From: Candidatus Bathyarchaeota archaeon
GTDB taxonomy: Archaea; Thermoproteota; Bathyarchaeia; Bathyarchaeales; Bathycorpusculaceae
Length of the DNA stretch: 64,000 bases
Direction of reading: 5' to 3'
Assembly (NCBI GenBank): GCA_963828195.1
Contig: CAWHDT010000001.1
Coordinates: 64,001-128,000 of the forward strand
The position numbers were made by a program, and so were the translations under genes. This document shows positions 58,229 to 64,000 of this stretch, piece after piece. Within the stretch, counting starts at the first letter, position 1; the number at the start of each line of letters is the position of its first letter. The notes below the pieces were generated by a model. That model was not told the DNA's origin, searched no databases, and saw only the letters and a list, made by a program, of their open reading frames with translations.

Positions 58229-60832
58229 TTATGGGTGTTTTCTTAGCATCAGCAAAGCCAGCACGATGCCGACTATGATGATGACGACGATTATGGCTGC
58301 GACTGCTGGGACGAAGTAGAGGTCGGCGACAGATGTTGGAGTGGCTGTAGGCGCAGCGCTAGTTGGCGCAGGTGCCTGCATCACGTTGAAGTATGTTTCG
58401 GCTGAAGATCCGTAGTAGCTGTTGGTGCCGCAGAAAGTTGCGACAACAGTGTAGGTGCCTGGTACAGATGGCGTGAAGGTAACATCGTATGAGCCTGTTG
58501 CGTCAGTTGTTGCGTTGCCGACAACGTAGTAGTTGCCGTTGGGATCAAGGATGGTTATTGTCACTGGAACTCCTGTGAAGTTGGTTGGCATTGGTTCTTG
58601 TTGATAAACGTAGCCCATCCAAGCCGTCATGCTAGCGTCGGAAGCGCATGGTACACCGTTTGGAAAGTTAGCTGCCTGCTGGTTCTCTTTGGTGCCTGCG
58701 GAAATATCCATCACTGTGCCTTTGACCACGACTGGTGTGCCGTATGTTGAGGCAACGGTTGGTGCTGAAACTGTGGTTGCGCTTGGTCCTTGACCGACAC
58801 AGTAGTATTGACCGTCATAGCAGTTGAAGAATGCGGCGTATCCGTCAGCGATTGCGATAGGCTGCATGGCTGTTCCAAGGCCACTAGAACCCCAATCTAG
58901 TAATTCCCAAACTAGAGCGCCAGTGTTTGCGTTGAGAACCCGCATCATGTTGCCTTTGTAGAGCGGAATGTTAGGCGAGTGCTCTCCAGCGTAAGTGAAG
59001 ACCATGCCATCGGCGAAGGCGGTAAGGTGGATTGGATAGTTACCCCAAGGTCCATTTGCGCCCATGGTTGTGCTGTTGGTTCCAACTCCGTTACCAAATG
59101 TCCATAGCAGTGTTCCGTTAAGCATTGAGTAGCAGTAGACTATTCCGCCGTAGCCTGAAACGTAGTAGTTTCCGTAAGCCGTTGTGCCTTCTCGTGAGCT
59201 GTAGTATTGGAATCCCACTTGCGCCTGTGCGCTTGGTCCCCAAACTAAATCGCCGGTAACAATGCTGAAAGCTAATCTTTGACCAGTCTCTAAGATCGTC
59301 ATAGTCCACTCGTTGGTAACAGGGTCAATTGGCTGCGTTGATAACATTTCGGTTTCGTTGTTCGGTGGCGCTGCATAACTCTGAATCCAAAGTAGAGTGC
59401 CGAAGGTGTTGGGTGCTACGCTGAGACACCACATTGTCCATGGGTTCGTGTTCGGGTTAGGCTGCGAGGCAAGTGCGATGCTGCTGCTGGTGCCGAGTAG
59501 GTACTGTCCGGGGATAACGCCGACAACGCTTGGAGTGATGCTGCCTGTCATTGGACCTAGCAAGTCTGAGGTTATGGTCGTGTTGTATTCATATGCGTAG
59601 CCAACGTTTGCTGGAAGGCTTAAGTTGGGACCTGTTGGAAATTCTGCTGGCAAATTATAAAGCAAAGTGTAGCCTGCGATGGCTGCAGTTTCATTCCATA
59701 ACGCCAAGGTTCCAGTTTGTGTTTTGTCGCTGTAGCTGAAAACGTATTTGTCGATCTCGCCGTTGTTTAAGTAAACTTCGGTGCCGCTGGGAACGTTTGT
59801 TAGGTTAAACAGGAACTGCTGAGTGAAAGCGTCATAGCCCATCCATGTTGTGCCAGAAGTCATCCAGAGAATTGCGCCTGGAGCGCCGAACTGATCTGGA
59901 TCCTGCAAGTCATAGATCTGCGCAAAGCTCGGGTAAAGCGTCGTGCTTGTCCACAGAACCTGTCCAGTTTGCAAGTTTAATGCAACCTCTGGTCCGCCCG
60001 ATCCAGCTTCGCCCGTAGGCTCTTGGTAGTAGAGTACGCCTTGAACAATCAGTGGGTTGGGGTTTCTGATGTTATAGGACATTCCAGTATAGTATGTTGC
60101 GTAATTATCGGCAGGATCAGCAGTGTTTCCTTCCTGAGTAAGGGTTCCTCCTTCTAAACCGCCGTATTGAATTGGTCTAGTCCACATTACGTGTGCACTT
60201 GTTGGGGCGGCGCCGTTTTCTTGCCAAAAGTTAGCAACAGCTTGACCGCCTAGCCAGTTTGAGCCAATAGCGATCCAGTTTACGTTTTGGTCGTTTATGG
60301 GTCTTGTCCAGTAGTCAGTTGGTAGTGGAATAAGCGGTATGGTGGTTACGGGGTTTTGTTGGACGACAAAGGTGCATGATGCGTTGCTTGGTTCATAGTA
60401 TAAGCCTTCGTCGGCAGCAACTCCGCCCGCTGAAGTTGGGAAGTTGTAGGTTTGTCCTGGGAAAGTGAAGTTTACAGTGTAGGTTCCGACTTGTGTGGGC
60501 GTGAAAGTGAAGTACTGTGACGAGGTTGGGTCGCTAACGTATGGGAAGTTTTGGGTTACAGTTGTGCCATCGGGCTGAGTGATGACGAACGCGTAGTTTG
60601 CGAATCTAATTGTGTTAGTGATAACTTCTCCGGGCATTGCAACGTTGATCCAGCCGTAGATGAGCATTTGCTGGCCAACACCATCAGGGTTTGGCGTAGC
60701 GGCAGCCCATGCAAAGGTAGCTTGTACTCCTGCAGCTTTAGCAGACGGTATTAATGCCAATGAACCTCCTATTGAAACTGTTAAAATTACAGCAATCAAG
60801 ATAGCCATAGCTTTAGTTTTTACATTTTGCAT
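58229..60832 (-). CDS. Large secreted, C-terminally anchored PQQ-like beta-propeller surface protein
   Basis: Signal peptide, repeated (A/V)LN..TG..LW blades, Ig-like segments, PT-rich linker and TM helix ending RKHP. Confidence 0.85.
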   Translation of the reverse strand: MQNVKTKAMAILIAVILTVSIGGSLALIPSAKAAGVQATFAWAAATPNPDGVGQQMLIYGWINVAMPGEVITNTIRFANYAFVITQPDGTTVTQNFPYVSDPTSSQYFTFTPTQVGTYTVNFTFPGQTYNFPTSAGGVAADEGLYYEPSNASCTFVVQQNPVTTIPLIPLPTDYWTRPINDQNVNWIAIGSNWLGGQAVANFWQENGAAPTSAHVMWTRPIQYGGLEGGTLTQEGNTADPADNYATYYTGMSYNIRNPNPLIVQGVLYYQEPTGEAGSGGPEVALNLQTGQVLWTSTTLYPSFAQIYDLQDPDQFGAPGAILWMTSGTTWMGYDAFTQQFLFNLTNVPSGTEVYLNNGEIDKYVFSYSDKTQTGTLALWNETAAIAGYTLLYNLPAEFPTGPNLSLPANVGYAYEYNTTITSDLLGPMTGSITPSVVGVIPGQYLLGTSSSIALASQPNPNTNPWTMWCLSVAPNTFGTLLWIQSYAAPPNNETEMLSTQPIDPVTNEWTMTILETGQRLAFSIVTGDLVWGPSAQAQVGFQYYSSREGTTAYGNYYVSGYGGIVYCYSMLNGTLLWTFGNGVGTNSTTMGANGPWGNYPIHLTAFADGMVFTYAGEHSPNIPLYKGNMMRVLNANTGALVWELLDWGSSGLGTAMQPIAIADGYAAFFNCYDGQYYCVGQGPSATTVSAPTVASTYGTPVVVKGTVMDISAGTKENQQAANFPNGVPCASDASMTAWMGYVYQQEPMPTNFTGVPVTITILDPNGNYYVVGNATTDATGSYDVTFTPSVPGTYTVVATFCGTNSYYGSSAETYFNVMQAPAPTSAAPTATPTSVADLYFVPAVAAIIVVIIIVGIVLALLMLRKHP

Positions 60833-61126
60833 TTTTTCTTTTCTCCTTAAAGTTTTTTTTGAAAAAGATCAATAATATAGTGTTGTAATATTGTCTTTTT
60901 CATAGAAGTGGGTACACCGTATTAGTATAAAAGGTTTATTTAAATTAACGTAATATGCGAAAATGCAATGGACAAATATTAAATCAATATAGTACAAAAC
61001 CCGAAAACAGTAGAAGATTATTCAGTCTCTTCTTCAGCCGTATATGGTCTGAAGTGATTTCCAAGCCAGTGCTCGCCCATTATTCACCAGCGAATTCAGA
61101 AAACTTTTTCATCTTAAAGCATTGTT

Positions 61127-61393
61127 TTAATCCTGCAAAACCCCGAGCAGAATGAGTAAGAGAGCTACCGCATCTATCAGAAGATGAAGACTGTCTGTGA
61201 AGGCTATATTGTAAGTTTGGTTAAATATCTCAGGAATCGAAATTAGCCCGTGGACAAAAAATAAGGCAAACCCAAGCGTCAGCAAAAGAGTCTTTTTGCT
61301 TCGTAAACGGTTGTAAGCCAGCAGAGAAATTGCAAAAACAACTGTGGTCACGAGAACAAATATTACGCGGGACAATATGAATAGCGAATCCAT
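61127..61393 (-). CDS. Small three-TM membrane protein
   Basis: ATG 61393 MDSLFIL..ISLLAYNRLRSKKTLLLTLGFALF; hydrophobic throughout. Confidence 0.7.
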   Translation of the reverse strand: MDSLFILSRVIFVLVTTVVFAISLLAYNRLRSKKTLLLTLGFALFFVHGLISIPEIFNQTYNIAFTDSLHLLIDAVALLLILLGVLQD

Positions 61394-61499
61394 TCGTAAC
61401 ACTCTTGAATTAAGCAGTCTGCGCAATTAACTAATAAAATTTTGGTGAATCCGTAACTTTAAAGTTTAGAGATTCTGCGCGTTGACATATCTACGGGTC

Positions 61500-61537
61500 T
61501 TTTGGAAAAGCTAACTACATTAGCTTTTTATCCAAAA
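61500..61537. terminator. Hairpin downstream of lysS
   Basis: AAAAGCTAA-CTACA-TTAGCTTTT perfect 9-bp inverted repeat, extendable by TTTTGGA/TCCAAAA. Confidence 0.45.
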
Positions 61538-61560
61538 ATACCAAAAAAAAGGCTGAGCGG

Positions 61561-63162
61561 TTAACTTTTGCTCACTGCCCTTTTGAGAGCAGCTATAACG
61601 TTTTGTTTGCCCATGGCAAGCACATATGGACCCAGACGTGGACCCTGCGGCGCACCCATCAGAATCTGGTAAAGCATTTTGAAGAAGCCGCTGGGCTGGA
61701 TGCCGTTGGCTTTTGCCGCGTTGAAAATGGCGTTTTGGATTTTATCCGGTTCTTCTTCAGTTTCCAGCTGCAGGATTAACTCGGTGATTGCCTTTTTCTC
61801 TTCGCCAGATAGAGCGACAGCGGTTTCTTTGATTTCTTCAAAGTCCCTAATCCAGTTTGACGCGTACTCAATTCGCTGCTTCAAGCTGGCATCTAAAGCT
61901 TGCCCTTTTTGGAGGTAACCGTAACTTTGCAGTTTCTCAGCCACATAGTCGTTTACGCATTCTTTAGGCGCCATTTTGACGAGGAACGCCATTAAATTGT
62001 AGGGCACATGAACGCCGGGTTTAGCCGGCGGCTTCAGGACGTAGCAGTACTCAAACAAGCCCTGGAGCTTAGTTTTTTCTTTGTCGCTGACTTGTTTTTT
62101 GCCGAAGTACACGTCTTCGAGGTAATCGAGTTCATTCATGTACAGTGGAATATCGGATACGTCTAAGGTTCGGGTGCCGACGAACCGTTTAAGCATCAGC
62201 AGAAGCAGCGACTGAGGAGAACCATAATTAAACCACACCTGAGGCGTGAAAACATTGCCCGCTGATTTGGAAATTTTTTTCCCGCCCTTATCGAGGAACA
62301 TCTCGTATTTTGCATGAGACGGCGGCTCAAAACAGAGGACTTCACGGCAAATTCGGTCGTTGATGCGGACAGAATCGGCTATGTCTTTTCCATAGGCTTC
62401 AAACCGTATATCCAAAGCTTTCCAGCGGGCTGCAAATTCGCTTTTCCAAGTTAGTTTGCCTTCGCCGCTTTTTATGTCCACTTCGCCTTCATGACCGCAT
62501 CCTGCAATCAGTTTGCCTCGGATTTCAAGCCCTTCACATTTATACGAGACTTTGTCGGTTTTCGAGTCGAACGTGTAGGCTCTGGTCGTGTAGAGGTGCC
62601 CGCATTCTTGGCAAACTGCAAAAAACGGCAAAACCTCTGTGTAGGTATCTTGACCGACCTCTTCTTTGACGATTTCGCCGACTTTCTTGGCGTTAGTAAG
62701 TATGGTTCGAATCTCGGGCAGAAGTAAGCCTTGTTCGTAGACTTGTTTGGCTGAGTAGTACTTGTATTCTATGCCGCATTTGTCCAGGGCATCCAGCAAC
62801 AGCGAGCTCATGTGTTTGCCGTAGCTTTCATGGCAGCCGAAGGGGTCAGGTATTGAGGAGACAGAAAAACCAAGGTATTTTTCTAAGTCCTTAGATAGGC
62901 CAACGGGGACCTTGCGTAAACCGTCTTTGTCGTCGCAGAAAGCAACAAGTTCAGAATTATAATTTTGGTTCCTCAAAGCCAACGTAACGGCGTAGCTGCG
63001 TGAGGCGTCACCTAAGCTGCCGATGTGGGGAAAACCCGAGGCGCCAAGACCCATCTCTGTTCGCAGTTTACTAATGTCTCGGTTTAGCGATTGCTCTCTT
63101 TCGATGACTTTCTTAGCCATCATGTCGTACCATGTGCCGCGTCCAATCGTTTCTTCACTCAT
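61561..63162 (-). CDS. lysS: Lysine--tRNA ligase, class I
   Basis: GASGFPHIGS, DGLRKVP, GKLTWK.EFAARW, YGKD, KISKSAGN, GPRLG. Confidence 0.97.
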   Translation of the reverse strand: MSEETIGRGTWYDMMAKKVIEREQSLNRDISKLRTEMGLGASGFPHIGSLGDASRSYAVTLALRNQNYNSELVAFCDDKDGLRKVPVGLSKDLEKYLGFSVSSIPDPFGCHESYGKHMSSLLLDALDKCGIEYKYYSAKQVYEQGLLLPEIRTILTNAKKVGEIVKEEVGQDTYTEVLPFFAVCQECGHLYTTRAYTFDSKTDKVSYKCEGLEIRGKLIAGCGHEGEVDIKSGEGKLTWKSEFAARWKALDIRFEAYGKDIADSVRINDRICREVLCFEPPSHAKYEMFLDKGGKKISKSAGNVFTPQVWFNYGSPQSLLLLMLKRFVGTRTLDVSDIPLYMNELDYLEDVYFGKKQVSDKEKTKLQGLFEYCYVLKPPAKPGVHVPYNLMAFLVKMAPKECVNDYVAEKLQSYGYLQKGQALDASLKQRIEYASNWIRDFEEIKETAVALSGEEKKAITELILQLETEEEPDKIQNAIFNAAKANGIQPSGFFKMLYQILMGAPQGPRLGPYVLAMGKQNVIAALKRAVSKS

Positions 63163-63231
63163 AAAGTTGAGCCTTCTGCCATTGTGAACTGTGCGTTGGA
63201 ATAGAAAATTGTTTAGAGCCGAAAAAGAGGC

Positions 63232-63603
63232 TCAAGTCGTTGTTTGGGGCGTTTTTTGTGAGGGCTTTTGTCGCATGGCTGAGGTGATGGCTATGGCTCC
63301 GAGCGCCAGCAATAGCAAAGCTAACGAGTAAATCCAGTTGTAGCCAAACAGGAACCATGCAGCTCCCAAAGCCATAAGAAGGACACCCATTTGAACTGTG
63401 CTGTATGGTGAACGCTCGTACTTTTGAGGACTCATGGCTCTCATGCCTGCAAGAACCAGCATCCAAACGCCAAACAGAATTATGATTAACTGAAGAATGT
63501 TCCACCCGTTATGAGTGACGTTGAGGGGGTATAGCAATATGGCAACGACCACGATTATGAAGAAAACGCCTATGGTGAGTAGCTGCCGTCTACTTTCGGA
63601 CAT
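63232..63603 (-). CDS. Four-TM membrane protein
   Basis: Four hydrophobic segments; co-oriented between Zn-ribbon gene and lysS. Confidence 0.7.
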   Translation of the reverse strand: MSESRRQLLTIGVFFIIVVVAILLYPLNVTHNGWNILQLIIILFGVWMLVLAGMRAMSPQKYERSPYSTVQMGVLLMALGAAWFLFGYNWIYSLALLLLALGAIAITSAMRQKPSQKTPQTTT

Positions 63604-63615
63604 TTAGTTGCCTTC

Positions 63616-63999
63616 TTAAGTTATTGTTGCGCCGCATTCTGGACAGAACTTTGAGCCTGCTGGGATGGAGTGACCGCATTTTGGACAGTTTATTGTGGCC
63701 TGCGCTGGAGGCGTAAGATTGGTTCCGCATTCTGGACAGAACTTTGATGTAGCTGGAACGTGCGCGCCGCATTTGGGACAAATAACAAGAGCTGCTGTAG
63801 GTGCTTGTGCTTGCACTTGACCTGCTGAATTCATAATTTGGGGAATAAGCACCATGCCTGTGCCTAAGCCTGCGCCGCCGCCACCGCCTGAAGCGCCCAG
63901 AGACGCTGCTGCACTCTTCACTGTTTCCATGCGCAAAACTGTGTCGGCGGGGGTGCTTCCGGTTTTAAGCCAGAATAGCCGTTCACGGTACTCGGGGGT
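63616..63999 (-). CDS. C-terminal part of SPFH/YdjI-like protein with double zinc ribbons (5'-truncated by window edge)
   Basis: Frame open to the edge (TPEYRERLFWLK...); GGAGLGTGM linker; two CPKCG..KFCPECG units. Confidence 0.75.
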   Translation of the reverse strand, partial: TPEYRERLFWLKTGSTPADTVLRMETVKSAAASLGASGGGGGAGLGTGMVLIPQIMNSAGQVQAQAPTAALVICPKCGAHVPATSKFCPECGTNLTPPAQATINCPKCGHSIPAGSKFCPECGATIT

Positions 64000-64000
64000 T

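Noticed and set aside
1-64000. Genome-wide TAG (pyrrolysine) reassignment
   Set aside because: aspS, the histone, tes and DUF116-1 end at TAG at their expected C-termini, and DUF116-2 has TAA at the equivalent position.

Overview
Archaeal chromosomal window, most likely Bathyarchaeia (TACK). This is inferred from the co-occurrence of TFB, an HMf-type histone, two Alba paralogues, eS25/eS26/eS1/eS17/eL40, class I LysRS, Hel308, tetraether synthase Tes, CofD and a large PQQ-like beta-propeller surface protein. Most of the window is housekeeping genes, with a surface-glycan biosynthesis region at about 17.3-33.3 kb and one tRNA-Arg(GCG). I found no CRISPR array, transposase or integrase. Main observations: (1) a tightly coupled four-gene Fe-S/sulfur operon in which the IscS has lost most PLP/substrate-binding residues but keeps its catalytic Cys loop, followed by IscU, an intact SufS-type desulfurase and a small single-Cys protein; (2) a divergent trpB2/trpY pair with a perfect TGTACA-N4-TGTACA TRP-box operator; (3) an unannotated YjzC-like four-Cys mini-gene with an in-frame TAG; (4) several unexplained non-coding structures, namely a dispersed 42-bp palindrome, a 22-23-bp-period array, a 10-bp-phased array and twin GTAAC-N6-GTTAC palindromes; (5) unusual fusions (peroxiredoxin with a cytidylate-kinase-like domain, and deacetylase with GNAT). 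All calls come from motif recognition by eye; no database searches were run.
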